Origin: an uncultured Alphaproteobacteria bacterium
GTDB taxonomy: Bacteria; Pseudomonadota; Alphaproteobacteria; Rhizobiales; Xanthobacteraceae
Length of the DNA stretch: 64,000 nt
NCBI GenBank assembly: GCA_963739735.1
Contig: CAVUBV010000009.1
Coordinates: forward strand, 36,777-100,776
Reading direction: 5' to 3'
Every line of letters begins with the position of its first letter. The first letter of the stretch is position 1. Below are positions 45,011-56,425 of the stretch, in pieces. The notes under the pieces were generated by a model. That model was given only the letters and a program-made list of their open reading frames with translations, searched no databases and was not told where the DNA came from. The translations under genes were made by a program, and so were the position numbers.

Positions 45011-46886
45011 TCAAGCGGTCTGCAACGCCGCGCTGGCGGCGAGCCATTCCTCTTCCGCCTTGGCAATCGCCGTCCACCACCCGCGCGCGCGTCTTGGCGA
45101 GGTCGGCGGCGCGCGCCGGATCGCTTGCGAACAAGGCGCCGTCGGCGAGCGTTGCGTCGAGCTTGTGCAGTTGGCGCGTAAGCTGCGCGATCACCACTTC
45201 GGCTTGCGATATCCGCTTGCGTAGCGGCGCGGTCTCCGCGCGTTTGCCGGCGGCGGCGCGGCGCGTCTCGGCCGGATCGGCGCGCGCCGAGGATTTCGAC
45301 CCGACAGTCACGCCTTGGCCCTCGCCGGAGAGCACCATGCGCCGGTAATCGTCGAGATCGCCGTCGAACGGGGCGACCTTGCCGCCGGCCACCAGCCAGA
45401 GCCGGTCGGCGCAGGCTTCCAGCAGATAGCGGTCGTGCGACACCAGGATCACCGCGCCGGGATAATCGTTGATCGCTTCGATCAGCGCGCCGCGGCTGTC
45501 GATGTCGAGATGGTTGGTCGGCTCGTCGAGGATGATGAGATGCGGCGAAGCGAACGTCGCCAGGCCCATCAGCAGCCGTGACTTTTCGCCGCCGGAAAGC
45601 GTCTTCACCGCATTGTTGGCGGCCAGTCCTGAAAATCCGATCGCGCCCGTCTTGCCGCGCACCTTGGCTTCCGGCTGATCCGGCATCAGCCGGCGCACGT
45701 GATCGTAGGGGCTTGCGTCCTCGTCGAGTTCGTCGAGCTGGTGCTGGGCGAAATAGCCGACCTTGAGCGTTGCCGCGCGCGTGACCGATCCGTGCTCGGG
45801 CTTCAGCCGTCCGGCCAGCAGCTTCACAAACGTCGATTTGCCGTTGCCGTTGGAGCCGAGCAGGGCGATGCGGTCGTCATTGTCGATGCGCAGCGTCAGG
45901 CCGGTGAGGACCGGATGGCCGGGCTCGTAGCCGACCGCAACCTCGTCGGTGGCGATGATCGGCGGCGACAACAGCTTGTCCGGCGCCGGAAAATGGATCG
46001 GGCGCACTTCGTTGGTCACCAGCGCGTTGATCGGCTGCATCTTGGCCAGCATCTTGATGCGCGATTGCGCCTGCCGCGCCTTGGTCGCCTTGGCGCGGAA
46101 GCGGTCGACGAAGGCCTGCAGGTGCTTGCGTTGGGCTTCCTGCTTCTTGATCAGCTTCTGGTCGAGCATCAGGCGTTCGCTGCGCAGGCGTTCGAAATCG
46201 GAATAGCCGCCGCGGTATAACGTCAGCTTTTGTGCTTCCAACGACAGGATTTGGTCGACGGCGTTGTCCAGCAGGTCGCGGTCGTGGCTGATGACGATCA
46301 TGGTGTGCGGATAGCGCGCCAGATGATCCTGCAGCCACAGCGTGCCTTCCAGATCGAGATAGTTGGTCGGCTCGTCGAGCAACAGCAGTTCGGGCTCGGC
46401 GAACAGCGTGGCGGCGAGCGCGACGCGCATGCGCCAGCCGCCGGAAAATTCCGAACAGGGGCGCGCCTGGTCGGCGTTGGAAAAGCCCAGGCCCGCAAGG
46501 ATCGCGGCGGCGCGGGCAGGGGCCGCGTGCGCGCCCATGTCGGCGAGCCGGGTCTGGATCTCGGCGATGCGGTGGGGATCGTGCGCGGTCTCCGCTTCGG
46601 CCAGCAGCGCGCTGCGCTCGCGATCGGCCTTGAGCACGACCTCGAGCAGGCTTTCCGGGCCGTTCGGCGCTTCCTGCGCCAGCCGCCCGATGCGCCAGCG
46701 CGGCGGCAGCTCGATGGAGCCGTGCTCGGACGACATGTCGCCGGCGATCACGTTGAACAACGTGGTCTTGCCGGAGCCGTTGCGGCCGACCAGGCCGACG
46801 CGGGCGCCCGGGATGATGCGGGCGGAGGCGCCTTCCAGCAGCGTGCGGCCGGCGATGCGGACGGTGAGGTCGTCGATGACAAGCAT
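45011..46886 (-). CDS. ABC-F family ATPase (YheS-like; frameshift near the 3' end)
   Basis: GRNGSGKT, FSGGWRMR, LDEPTN twice, GSNGNGKS, LSGGEK; no transmembrane segment. Confidence 0.93.
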
Positions 46887-46954
46887 GGCCCGCGCCTTTT
46901 GACCGAGCGCGCGCGGCGGCGCAAGCCTTTGCCACAGACACCGGGAGAGAGCGG

Positions 46955-48031
46955 TCAGCCGAGCGCGGCGGCGACCGCCTTGCCGCAGGTGACCGTGTCG
47001 GCCGGACCTTTGAGATCGCGGGTGCGCAATTTCGGCTCGGCCAGCACTTTCTCGATGGCCGCAACAATCGCCTTGGCGGCGTCCGGTTCGCCGAGGTGCT
47101 CGAGCATCATGGCGCCCGACCAGATCTGGCCGATCGGATTGGCGATGCCCTGGCCGTAAATGTCGGGCGCCGAGCCGTGCACCGGCTCGAACACGGAAGG
47201 GAACTTGCGCTCGGGATTGATATTGCCGGACGGCGCGATGCCGATGGTGCCGGTGCAGGCGGGGCCCAAGTCGGACAGGATGTCGCCGAACAGATTGGAG
47301 GCGACCACCACGTTGAACCAGTCGGGGTTCATGACAAAACGCGCGGTGAGGATGTCGATGTGGAACTGGTTCCACTTCACGTCCGGATAGGCCTTCGCCA
47401 TTTCCTTCACGCGCTCGTCCCAGTACGGCATGGTGATGGCGATGCCGTTCGACTTGGTGGCGGAGGTCAGGTGCTTCTTCGGCGTGGAGCGCGCCAGTTC
47501 GAAGGCGAATTTGAGCACGCGGTCGACGCCGATGCGGCTCATCACCGTTTCCTGCACCACCACCTCGCGCTCGGTGCCGGCGAACATCTTGCCGCCGATG
47601 GCGGAATACTCGCCCTCGGTGTTCTCGCGCACCACCCAGAAGTCGATGTCGCCGGGCTTGCGGCCCGCGAGCGGGCAGGGCACGCCGGGCATCAGCCGCA
47701 CCGGGCGCAAATTGATGTACTGGTCGAATTCGCGGCGGAACAGAATGAGCGAGCCCCACAGCGAGACATGGTCGGGCACGCGGTCCGGCATGCCGACCGC
47801 GCCGAAATAAATGGCGTCGTGCTGGCCGATCTGGTCCTTCCAGTCCTCCGGCATCATGCGGCCGTGCTTGTCGTAGTAGTCGCAACTGGCGAAATCGAAA
47901 TCGTCGAGGCGCAGTTCGAAGCCGAATTTCTTGGCCGCCGCTTCCAGCACGCGCACGCCTTCGGGCATGACTTCCTTGCCGATGCCGTCGCCGGGAATGA
48001 CCGCGATGCGGTGGACTCGATTGGTGCTCAT
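46955..48031 (-). CDS. Tartrate/D-malate dehydrogenase (decarboxylating)
   Basis: IPGDGIGKEV, RENTEGEY, TKSNG, NLFGDILSD, FEPVHGSAPDI. Confidence 0.92.
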   Translation of the reverse strand: MSTNRVHRIAVIPGDGIGKEVMPEGVRVLEAAAKKFGFELRLDDFDFASCDYYDKHGRMMPEDWKDQIGQHDAIYFGAVGMPDRVPDHVSLWGSLILFRREFDQYINLRPVRLMPGVPCPLAGRKPGDIDFWVVRENTEGEYSAIGGKMFAGTEREVVVQETVMSRIGVDRVLKFAFELARSTPKKHLTSATKSNGIAITMPYWDERVKEMAKAYPDVKWNQFHIDILTARFVMNPDWFNVVVASNLFGDILSDLGPACTGTIGIAPSGNINPERKFPSVFEPVHGSAPDIYGQGIANPIGQIWSGAMMLEHLGEPDAAKAIVAAIEKVLAEPKLRTRDLKGPADTVTCGKAVAAALG

Positions 48032-48072
48032 GAGTTCAAAACCTTTCGCTTAACGCCGCGCGCTGCGGCGCC

Positions 48073-48600
48073 TCAACTCAATTTGCGCAGGCCGCCTTGC
48101 CCGGTTTCCCGCTGGTAGATGATCAAATCGAAGCTCGGCGTCGCCTCGTTGCCGATCATCGAGGAGAGCAAAGCGTGCGCCTGGCCGCGGTGGTGGGTCT
48201 GGTGGTTGAAGAAATGGTCGAGCGCGGGCGCCAGCACCTGCTCGAAATCGGTCGGATTGCTCAACGTGCGAAAGCGGATGCTGCGGCCGAGGTCGTCGTC
48301 GCTCAAGCTGGCGACGTAGCGGCTGATATTGGCGTCTTCGTTGCGGCGCGCCGCGCGCAAGGCGGGGAAATTGCCGTGCAGGATGGCATCGAGGCTGTTC
48401 GGCGCCTCGCCTTTGCCGGTGAAGCGCTGCATCCAGATGAGGTCGCCGACCAAAATGTGATTGAGCGTGCCGTGCATCGACTTGAAAAAGGCGCCGCGGT
48501 CGGCGCGGTAGTCGGCTTCGGAGAGCTTGGCGGCGGCGGCGTAGAGGCGCTCATTGCACCAGGCGTTATAGCCGGCGAACATTCGGTATCGGGATATCAT
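48073..48600 (-). CDS. DinB/YfiT-family metal-binding protein
   Basis: YNAWCN, SMHGTLNHI, HFFNHQTHHRGQ. Confidence 0.9.
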   Translation of the reverse strand: MISRYRMFAGYNAWCNERLYAAAAKLSEADYRADRGAFFKSMHGTLNHILVGDLIWMQRFTGKGEAPNSLDAILHGNFPALRAARRNEDANISRYVASLSDDDLGRSIRFRTLSNPTDFEQVLAPALDHFFNHQTHHRGQAHALLSSMIGNEATPSFDLIIYQRETGQGGLRKLS

Positions 48601-48656
48601 GGCGGGCTCCTGTGGCGGGCCAAATGATAGCAAATCCACCCGGAAAAGGGCCGATC

Positions 48657-48685
48657 TTGCCGCGCGAAACGGCCCCCGGTATAAG
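48657..48685 (+). promoter_or_regulatory. Sigma70-like promoter for ndk
   Basis: TTGCCG-N17-TATAAG. Confidence 0.5.
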
Positions 48686-48753
48686 CCGCGCAACCGAAAC
48701 CGGCCAATAGAAACCGGTCAACTCCGCGATCAATCTCAGTGAAGGATCACCCG

Positions 48754-49176
48754 ATGGCGCTCGAGCGCACTTTTTCCATCATCAAACCCGATGCGGTTGC
48801 GCGCAATCTGACCGGCGCCATCAATGCCATGATCGAGGCCGCCGGCCTGCGCATCGTCGCGCAGAAGCGCCTGCGCATTTCGCTGCCGCAGGCGCGCACA
48901 TTCTACGCCGTGCACAAGCAACGGCCGTTCTTCGGCGAGCTGGTGGATTTCATGGTGTCGGGACCGGTGGTGGTGCAGGTGCTCGAAGGCGACAACGCCA
49001 TCGCCAAATACCGCGAATTGATGGGCGCGACCGACCCGGCCAAGGCTGCCGCCGGCACCATCCGCAAGCAACACGCCCAATCGATCGAGAAGAATTCCGT
49101 GCACGGCTCGGACGCCCCCGACACCGCGGCGCGCGAGATCGCGCAGTTCTTCTCCGATAACGAGATCATCAGCTAG
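48754..49176 (+). CDS. ndk: Nucleoside diphosphate kinase
   Basis: [18 protein letters not shown]. Confidence 0.98.
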   Translation: MALERTFSIIKPDAVARNLTGAINAMIEAAGLRIVAQKRLRISLPQARTFYAVHKQRPFFGELVDFMVSGPVVVQVLEGDNAIAKYRELMGATDPAKAAAGTIRKQHAQSIEKNSVHGSDAPDTAAREIAQFFSDNEIIS

Positions 49177-49202
49177 CGCGCGCAGGCGCGGCGGGAGATC
49201 GA

Positions 49203-49971
49203 GTGCACGCACTCGCGCAGATGCTCGATCCGGCCGCCTGGTCCGCCGCGCTGCTGAGCGGTTGGGGCGGCGTCGACCAGGCCGAATTCTGGCTCGCGGT
49301 CGTCAAGATCATCTGGATCAATATCCTGTTGTCCGGCGACAACGCCGTGGTCATCGCCTTGGCTTGCCGCGGCTTGCCGCGCCAGCAGCGCATCTGGGGC
49401 ATGGTGCTTCGGCGCCGGCGTTGCCGTCCTCTTGCGTATCATCTTCACCGGCGTCGTCGCCTCACTGATGCTGCTGCCGTGGCTGAAAATCGTCGGCGGG
49501 CTGGCGCTGTTCTACATCGCCGCCAAGCTCCTGGTGCCCGACGATGCGGAGCGCGACGAGACCGAAGCGGTCCAATATCTCTGGCGCGCGGTGCGCATCG
49601 TCGCCGTCGCCGACATCGTCATGAGCCTGGACAACGTGATCGCCATCGCCGCGGCGTCCGACGGCAACATGGCGCTGCTGGTGTTGGGGCTCGCCATCAG
49701 CATTCCCTTGATCGTCGCCGGCGCCGCGCTGATCATGTCGCTGCTCGACCGCTTCCCGATCCTGGTCTGGGCGGGCGCCGCGCTGCTCGGCTGGATCGCC
49801 GGCGAGGTGATCGCCACCGATCCGGTGGTGGAAGGCTTCCTCACCGCGCACTACGGCGCCGCGCTCGCCCACAAGGTCGTATACATCGCCGCGGCGGCCG
49901 GCGCCGTTTTGGTGCTGGTGGCCGGCGGGCTGTGGCGGCGCACCAAGCAGCCGGCGGAGAGCGACATCTAG
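49203..49971 (+). CDS. TerC-family (YjbE-like) membrane protein (frameshift near 49410)
   Basis: INILLSGDNAVVIALA, ADIVMSLDNVIAIA. Confidence 0.9.
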
Positions 49972-49993
49972 AAATTTCGGTTATATTGGACGC

Positions 49994-52090
49994 ATGAACC
50001 AGCCCCTCCGGATGCCCAAGCGGATCGGTTATTCCGCCTGTCCGCACGATTGCCCGTCGACCTGCGCGCTCGACGTCGAATTGATCGACGAGCGCACCAT
50101 CGGCCGCGTGCACGGCGCCAAGGACAATGACTACACCGCCGGCGTGATCTGCGCGAAAGTCGCGCGCTATGCCGAGCGCGAGCATCACGCGCAACGCCTG
50201 CTGCATCCGTTGCGGCGCACCGGCGCCAAGGGTTCCGGCGAGTTTGCGCCGATCTCCTGGGACGATGCGCTCGATCTTGTCGCCGAGAAATTTCTCGATG
50301 CCGAACGGCGCCACGGCGCGGAGAGCGTATGGCCTTATTACTATGCCGGCACCATGGGCCTGGTCATGCGCGACGGCATCAACCGGCTGCGCCACGCCAA
50401 GAAATATTCCGGCTTCCATTCCACCATCTGCGTCAACCCGGCCTATGCCGGCTTTGCCGCCGGCGTCGGCAAGATCGCCGGCGTCGATCCGCGCGAGATG
50501 GCGAAATCCGATCTGGTGGTGATCTGGGGCACCAATGCGGTCAACACCCAGGTCAATGTGATGACGCACGCGGTGCGCGCGCGCAAGGAACGCGGCGCCA
50601 AGATCGCCGCGGTCGACGTCTACATGAACGGCACCATGGAGCAGGCCGATCTGCCAGTGCTGGTCAAGCCGGGCACCGACGCCGCGCTTGCCTGCGCGGT
50701 GATGCATTGCCTGTTCCGCGACGGCAAAGCCGATTGGGATTACTTGAACAAATACACTGACGCGCCGCGCGAACTTGAAGCGCATCTCCAGACGCGCGAT
50801 CCGCAATGGGCCTCAGCCATCACCGGCACGCCGGTGGAAACCATCGAGGAATTCGCCAAACTGATCGGCGAGCGCAAGCGCGCCTTCTTCCGGCTCGGCT
50901 ACGGTTTCGCCCGCTCGCGCAATGGTCCGGTCAGTATGCACGCGGCAAGCTGCATTCCGGCGGTGACCGGGGCTTGGCAATTGGAAGGCGGCGGCGCTTT
51001 CCACATCAGCGCCGACATCTACAAGCTCGACAAGACGCTGATCGAAGGCCTCGACGTCTGCGACCGCAAGGTGCGCGTGCTCGACCAGTCGCGCATCGGC
51101 GCCATCTTGACCGGCGACCGCGAGGCGTTGTTCGGCGGCCCGCCGGTGACGGCGATGATCGTGCAGAATACCAATCCCGTTTCGGTCGCGCCCGATCAGA
51201 ACAAGGTGAAGGCCGGCTTTGCGCGCGAGGACCTGTTCGTCTGCGTGCACGAGCAGTTCATGACCGAAACCGCCAAGATGGCGGATCTGGTGCTGCCGGC
51301 GACCACCTTCCTGGAGCACGACGACATCTACCGCGGCGGCGGCCACCAATACATCATCCTTGGCCCTAAGCTGGTCGAGCCGCCGGGCGAATGCCGCAAC
51401 AACCATGAAGTGATCGCCGCGCTCGCAAGCCGCGTCGGTGCGGTGCATCCGGGTTTTGCCATGAGCCCGCGCGAATTGATCGACCAGATGCTGCGCGTCT
51501 CCAAGTACGGCACGCTCGATGAGCTCGAAGCCAATCGCTGGATCGACTGCCAGCCGCCGTTCCGGCAATCGCATTATCTCGACGGCTTTGCCTGGCCGGA
51601 CGGCAAGTTCCGCTTCAAGCCGGATTGGAACAATGTGCCGTTCCGCAGCCCCTATAAGAGCGGCCCGGTCGCCGACATGCCGCCGCTGCCCGACCACTGG
51701 ACGTCGATCGAGCAGGCAGACAGCGAGCATCCGTTCCGGCTCGCCACGTCGCCGGCGCGCGGCTTCCTCAACTCGACCTTCAACGAGACGCCGACGTCGC
51801 TCGCCAACGAGAAGCGCCCCGAGGTGATGATCCATCCCGACGACGCCGCGCCGCTCGGCATCGCCGACGGCGATTTCGTCGTCCTCGGCAATATGCGCGG
51901 CGAGGTGCGTTTACATGCGCGCCTGTTCGACGGCGTGCGGCGCGGCGTGCTGATCGCCGAGTCGATCTGGCCGAACGCGGCCTATGCCGACGGCTGCGGC
52001 ATCAACACGCTGACCGGCGCCGATCCGATCGCGCCCTATGGCGGCGCCGCCTTCCACGATAACAAGGTGTGGGTGCGCAAAGCGGACTAA
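49994..52090 (+). CDS. Molybdopterin oxidoreductase, DMSO reductase superfamily, substrate unknown
   Basis: ACPHDCPSTC, ISWDDALD, ADLVLPAT, IHPDDA..GI.DGD. Confidence 0.9.
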   Translation: MNQPLRMPKRIGYSACPHDCPSTCALDVELIDERTIGRVHGAKDNDYTAGVICAKVARYAEREHHAQRLLHPLRRTGAKGSGEFAPISWDDALDLVAEKFLDAERRHGAESVWPYYYAGTMGLVMRDGINRLRHAKKYSGFHSTICVNPAYAGFAAGVGKIAGVDPREMAKSDLVVIWGTNAVNTQVNVMTHAVRARKERGAKIAAVDVYMNGTMEQADLPVLVKPGTDAALACAVMHCLFRDGKADWDYLNKYTDAPRELEAHLQTRDPQWASAITGTPVETIEEFAKLIGERKRAFFRLGYGFARSRNGPVSMHAASCIPAVTGAWQLEGGGAFHISADIYKLDKTLIEGLDVCDRKVRVLDQSRIGAILTGDREALFGGPPVTAMIVQNTNPVSVAPDQNKVKAGFAREDLFVCVHEQFMTETAKMADLVLPATTFLEHDDIYRGGGHQYIILGPKLVEPPGECRNNHEVIAALASRVGAVHPGFAMSPRELIDQMLRVSKYGTLDELEANRWIDCQPPFRQSHYLDGFAWPDGKFRFKPDWNNVPFRSPYKSGPVADMPPLPDHWTSIEQADSEHPFRLATSPARGFLNSTFNETPTSLANEKRPEVMIHPDDAAPLGIADGDFVVLGNMRGEVRLHARLFDGVRRGVLIAESIWPNAAYADGCGINTLTGADPIAPYGGAAFHDNKVWVRKAD

Positions 52091-52740
52091 TCGCTTGCCG
52101 TTACGTCCGCCGCGTTAGGCACCGCCACGCCATCGATCAAGCAGCGGCCGTTCTCGACCCGGATGCGGCCTTCGGCCAATAGTTTGAGGGCCAACGGATA
52201 GATGCGGTGCTCTTGGCCGAGCACACGCGCGGCCAGCGCGGTTTCGTCGTCATCTTTGCGCACGGTGACGGCCGCCTGCACGATGATCGGGCCGGCGTCG
52301 AGTTCGGCGACCACGAAATGCACGCTGGCGCCGTGTATCGGCGCGCCGGCTTCGAGCGCGCGCTTGTGCGTATCGAGCCCCTTGAAAGCCGGCAGCAGCG
52401 AGGGGTGGATGTTGAGCATGCGATGCGGCCACTGCGCGACAAAGCCCGGCGTGAGCAGCCGTATAAAACCGGCGAGGCAGACGATGTCGATGCGGTGCTT
52501 CACCAGCACCGCCTGCATCGCCGTGTCGAACGCCGCGCGGTCCTTGCCGTAGGCGGTATGATCGACGACTTCGGTGGCGACGCCCGCGGCGCGCGCAATG
52601 TCCAAGCCGGCGGCGTCGACCTTGTTCGACAGCACCAGCGCGATCTCGGCGGGGTAATCTTTATCCTTCGCCGCCTCGATCAGCGCCGCCATGTTGGAGC
52701 CGCGGCCGGAGATCAGAACGGCGACGCGCTTGCGGCTCAT
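52087..52740 (-). CDS. purN: Phosphoribosylglycinamide formyltransferase
   Basis: ISGRGSNM, NIHPSLLP, LDAGPII. Confidence 0.97.
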   Translation of the reverse strand: MSRKRVAVLISGRGSNMAALIEAAKDKDYPAEIALVLSNKVDAAGLDIARAAGVATEVVDHTAYGKDRAAFDTAMQAVLVKHRIDIVCLAGFIRLLTPGFVAQWPHRMLNIHPSLLPAFKGLDTHKRALEAGAPIHGASVHFVVAELDAGPIIVQAAVTVRKDDDETALAARVLGQEHRIYPLALKLLAEGRIRVENGRCLIDGVAVPNAADVTASD

Positions 52741-52757
52741 GTTTCACCCAAATTCAA

Positions 52758-53828
52758 TCAACTAAGCGCAAGTTGGCCGTCATAGACGACGCGGGCGCCG
52801 CTGGCGGCGCGCACCACGCTGCCGATGACGAGCGCCTGCTCGCCGGCGTCGCTGAAAGCCTGCGTCACCGCGGTGGCGTCCTTGGCAGCGGCGATGACGA
52901 TCATGCCGATGCCGCAATTGAAGGTGCGCAGCATTTCGTTCTGCGCGATCTTGCCTTCGCCGGCGAGCCACTTGAACACAGGAAGCACGGGCACTTTGCC
53001 GAGATCGATGCGCGCGCCCAAGCTCTTGGGCAGCACGCGCGGGATATTGTCGGGGAACCCGCCGCCAGTGATGTGCGCGAGGCCCTTCACCGCCTTGGTC
53101 GTGCGGATCGCGGCGAGGCACGCTTTCACATAGATGCGGGTCGGCGTCAGGATCGCTTCGCCCAGAGATTGCTCGCTGGCGAAGGGCGCGGGCGCCGACC
53201 AGGGAAGGCCGCTTTTCTCCACCACCTTGCGCACTAGCGAATAGCCGTTCGAATGCACGCCGGAGGAGGCAAGCCCGATGATCGCGTCGCCTTCCGCGAT
53301 ATCGGGCCGCGGCAGCAGCGCGCCGCGCTCGGCGGCGCCGACCGCAAAACCGGCGAGGTCATAGTCGTCGCCTTGGTAGAGCCCGGGCATTTCGGCGGTC
53401 TCCCCGCCGATCAGCGCGCAGCCGGCTTGCCGGCAGCCGATGGAAATGCCGGCGACCACGGCGGCGCCGATTTCCGGCTCGAGCTTGCCGCAGGCGTAGT
53501 AGTCGAGGAAGAACAACGGTTCGGCGCCTTGCACCACCAGGTCGTTGACGCTCATGGCGACCAGGTCGATGCCGATGGTGTCGTGGCAGCCGGTCTCGAT
53601 GGCGATCTTGACCTTGGTGCCGACGCCGTCGGTGGCCGCCACCAGCACCGGATCGGTCATGCCCAGCCGTTTGAGGTCGAACAGCCCGCCGAAGCCGCCG
53701 ATCTCGGCGTCCGCCCCGGCGCGCGCGGTGGCGCGCACCAGCGGCTTGATCAGCTCCACCATCCGGTTGCCGGCATCGATATCGACGCCGGCTTGCGCGT
53801 AAGTGAGGCCGCGCTCCTTTTCTGCCAT
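52758..53828 (-). CDS. purM: Phosphoribosylformylglycinamidine cyclo-ligase
   Basis: [40 protein letters not shown]. Confidence 0.98.
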   Translation of the reverse strand: MAEKERGLTYAQAGVDIDAGNRMVELIKPLVRATARAGADAEIGGFGGLFDLKRLGMTDPVLVAATDGVGTKVKIAIETGCHDTIGIDLVAMSVNDLVVQGAEPLFFLDYYACGKLEPEIGAAVVAGISIGCRQAGCALIGGETAEMPGLYQGDDYDLAGFAVGAAERGALLPRPDIAEGDAIIGLASSGVHSNGYSLVRKVVEKSGLPWSAPAPFASEQSLGEAILTPTRIYVKACLAAIRTTKAVKGLAHITGGGFPDNIPRVLPKSLGARIDLGKVPVLPVFKWLAGEGKIAQNEMLRTFNCGIGMIVIAAAKDATAVTQAFSDAGEQALVIGSVVRAASGARVVYDGQLALS

Positions 53829-53980
53829 GATGGCCCTTCTTAACGGGTCACGCTGGAACGCCGGGGTCGTACGTGGAAAACGCAAGTCGCGCAATGGGCC
53901 GGGCGCCGTTATACTCCGCCGAGTTCGACGCGATCCCGGTCTACGATCCGGGGGCCAAGTCGACGAGCCGGGTCCGCACT

Positions 53981-54526
53981 TTGAGTATTCCGAACCTGAT
54001 AACGCTGGGACGTATCCTGCTGGTGCCGGTCGTGGTCTGGGCGATCGCGTCCGGCGCGATGTGGATCGCGTTCGTTCTGTTCCTCGCCGCCGGCGTCAGC
54101 GATGCCGTCGACGGCTTTTTGGCCAAGCGTTTCAACATGACCACCGAACTCGGCGCCTATCTCGATCCGCTCGCCGACAAGGCATTGATCGTGTCGATCT
54201 ATCTCACCCTCGGCGTCAGCAATCTGATCCCGCGCTGGCTGGTCATCCTGGTGGTGTCGCGCGATATCCTGATCGTCGGCGGCATTATGCTGTCGTGGCT
54301 GATGGGTAAACCGCTCAAGATCAAACCGCTCTTGGTCTCCAAGCTCAACACGGTGGCGCAGATCGTATTCGCCTGCGTGGTGCTCGGCTCGCTCGGCTTC
54401 GCCATTCCTGCGGATATGCTTGAATCCGTCCTCATGGGCCTGGTCGCGATCTTGACCTTGCTGTCGGTCGCCGCCTATCTCGCCGAATGGGTGCGTCACA
54501 TGAATGCGCCGGCGACCGAATCATGA
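53981..54526 (+). CDS. CDP-alcohol phosphatidyltransferase
   Basis: [29 protein letters not shown]. Confidence 0.92.
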   Translation: MSIPNLITLGRILLVPVVVWAIASGAMWIAFVLFLAAGVSDAVDGFLAKRFNMTTELGAYLDPLADKALIVSIYLTLGVSNLIPRWLVILVVSRDILIVGGIMLSWLMGKPLKIKPLLVSKLNTVAQIVFACVVLGSLGFAIPADMLESVLMGLVAILTLLSVAAYLAEWVRHMNAPATES

Positions 54527-55642
54527 GCCCGCGCGCCCGCACCCCTCCACACCGCGATCCGCCCGAGGGCGAGGGTGTGAAGTTCGAGCGGCAAATCGCA
54601 TTCTGGCTGGCGGCGCTCGCGGCCATCGTGCTGCTGCTCTGGCTGCTTGCCGGGGTCCTGCTGCCCTTCGTTGCCGGCATGGCCATCGCCTATCTACTCA
54701 CCCCGGTCACCGACCGTCTTGAAAGGCTCGGCGTCAACCGGCTGGCCGCCGCGCTTTTGATCATCACCTTGGTGGTGATGGCGATCGTCATCGTCATCCT
54801 GCTGGTGGCGCCGGTTTTGGGCGGCCAGTTGTCCTCCTTCATCGACAATATCCCCGGCTATGTGACGCGCCTGCAGACGCTTGCTCAGCGATCCGAGCCG
54901 GCCATGGCTGCAAAAAATTCTCGGCGCGAGCTTCAGCGCCGACAAATCGCTCGGCGACCTGGTGACGCAAGGGGTGGGCTGGCTCACTGCCTTTGTGCAG
55001 CAGTTGTGGTCGGGCGGCCGCGCGCTGGTTTCGCTTTTCTCGCTGGTGGTGGTGACGCCGGTGGTGGCGTTTTATCTGATCTACGATTGGCACCGCATGA
55101 TCGCGACCGCCGATAGCTGGGTCCCGGTCAATCAGCGCGAAATTGTGCGCCAGCTCGCGCGTGAAGTCGACGCGGCCATCGCCGGCTTCGTGCGCGGGCA
55201 GACCGCGGTCTGCCTCATTCTCGGCTCGTTCTACGCGGTGGCGCTCACGCTCAGCGGGCTCAATTTCGGCCTGCTGATCGGGCTGATTTCCGGCGTGATC
55301 ACCTTCATTCCTTATGTCGGCTCGATGACCGGCTTGACCCTGGCGATGGCGGTCGCGGTGGCGCAATTTTGGCCGCAATGGGGTTCTATCCTCACGGTGC
55401 TCGGCATTTTCCTGGTCGGCCAATTCCTCGAAGGCAATCTGCTGTCGCCCAAGCTGGTCGGCGAGAGCGTCGGACTGCATCCGGTCTGGCTGATCTTCGC
55501 GCTGCTCGCCTTCGGCTATCTGTTCGGTTTCGTAGGACTACTGGTGGCCGTGCCGCTCGCCGCCACCATCGGCGTGCTCATGCGCTTCGCGCTGCAACGC
55601 TACCGCGAAAGTTCGCTCTTTACCGGCGAGCCGCCGGGATGA
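54523..55642 (+). CDS. AI-2E/PerM-family transporter (frameshift near 54880)
   Basis: LLPFVAG, FIPYVG, LSPKLVGESVGLHPV. Confidence 0.9.
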
Positions 55643-56319
55643 GCGACATGGCCGTCAGTCCGCGTCAGCTTGTGCTCGCGCTCGATCACGCAACAAGCTT
55701 TGCGCGTGAGGATTTCCTGCGCGGCCCCTCGAACGCCTCAGCGCTTTCGCTGATCGAGCGCTGGCCGGACTGGCCCGACCGCATCGTCGCGCTGATCGGA
55801 CCGGAGGGCTCAGGAAAAAGCCATCTCGCCGCCATCTGGGCGGAAGCCGCCGGCGCGCGCGTGCTGTCGGCGAAACTGCTCGGCGACGGCGACCTGCCGG
55901 CGGCCTTGGCGACCGGCGCACTGGTGCTCGAGGATCTGACCTTCGAGGGTCTCGACGAGCGCGCGCTGTTTCATCTGATCAATCTCGCGCGCGAGGAGGG
56001 CGCTTTCGTCCTCATCACCTCGCGCTCGCCGCTGCCGACGTTTCCGGTCGCCATCCGCGATCTTGCTTCGCGCTTGCGCGCGCTGCCGAGCGTGGCGCTC
56101 GCCGCCCCCGACGACGCGCTGTTGCGCGCGCTGATGGTCAAGCTCGCCGCCGACCGCCAGCTCGCGCTCGACGAGACGGTGGTGAACTATCTCGCCAACC
56201 GCATCGAGCGGTCCTTCGCCGGCGCCCGTACCGCGGTCGCCCGCCTCGACGAGGAGGCGATGCGCCAGCACCGCCCGCTGACCCGGGCGCTGGCGGCGGA
56301 AGTATTTCGCGAACCTTAA
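55639..56319 (+). CDS. hdaA: DnaA regulatory inactivator HdaA
   Basis: QLVLAL clamp-binding motif, GPEGSGKSHL, DLASRL, RIERS. Confidence 0.85.
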   Translation: MSDMAVSPRQLVLALDHATSFAREDFLRGPSNASALSLIERWPDWPDRIVALIGPEGSGKSHLAAIWAEAAGARVLSAKLLGDGDLPAALATGALVLEDLTFEGLDERALFHLINLAREEGAFVLITSRSPLPTFPVAIRDLASRLRALPSVALAAPDDALLRALMVKLAADRQLALDETVVNYLANRIERSFAGARTAVARLDEEAMRQHRPLTRALAAEVFREP

Positions 56320-56366
56320 GCTCATTTTCGGGTAAGACTTGACGGGGCGGGGCCTGGCGGGGCGAA

Positions 56367-56384
56367 GTGTCATTTGCCGGCCAC
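56367..56384 (+). promoter_or_regulatory. Possible Pho box upstream of ppk
   Basis: GTGTCAT-ttgc-CGGCCAC compared with CTGTCAT-N4-CTGTCAY. Confidence 0.35.
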
Positions 56385-56425
56385 TATTTTCGGTTAGGGA
56401 TTTGGTCTTTCAGGCCTCCATTACC

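Noticed and set aside
48073-48600. DNA polymerase IV (dinB)
   Set aside because: It is the small DinB/YfiT helical family, unrelated to Y-family polymerases.
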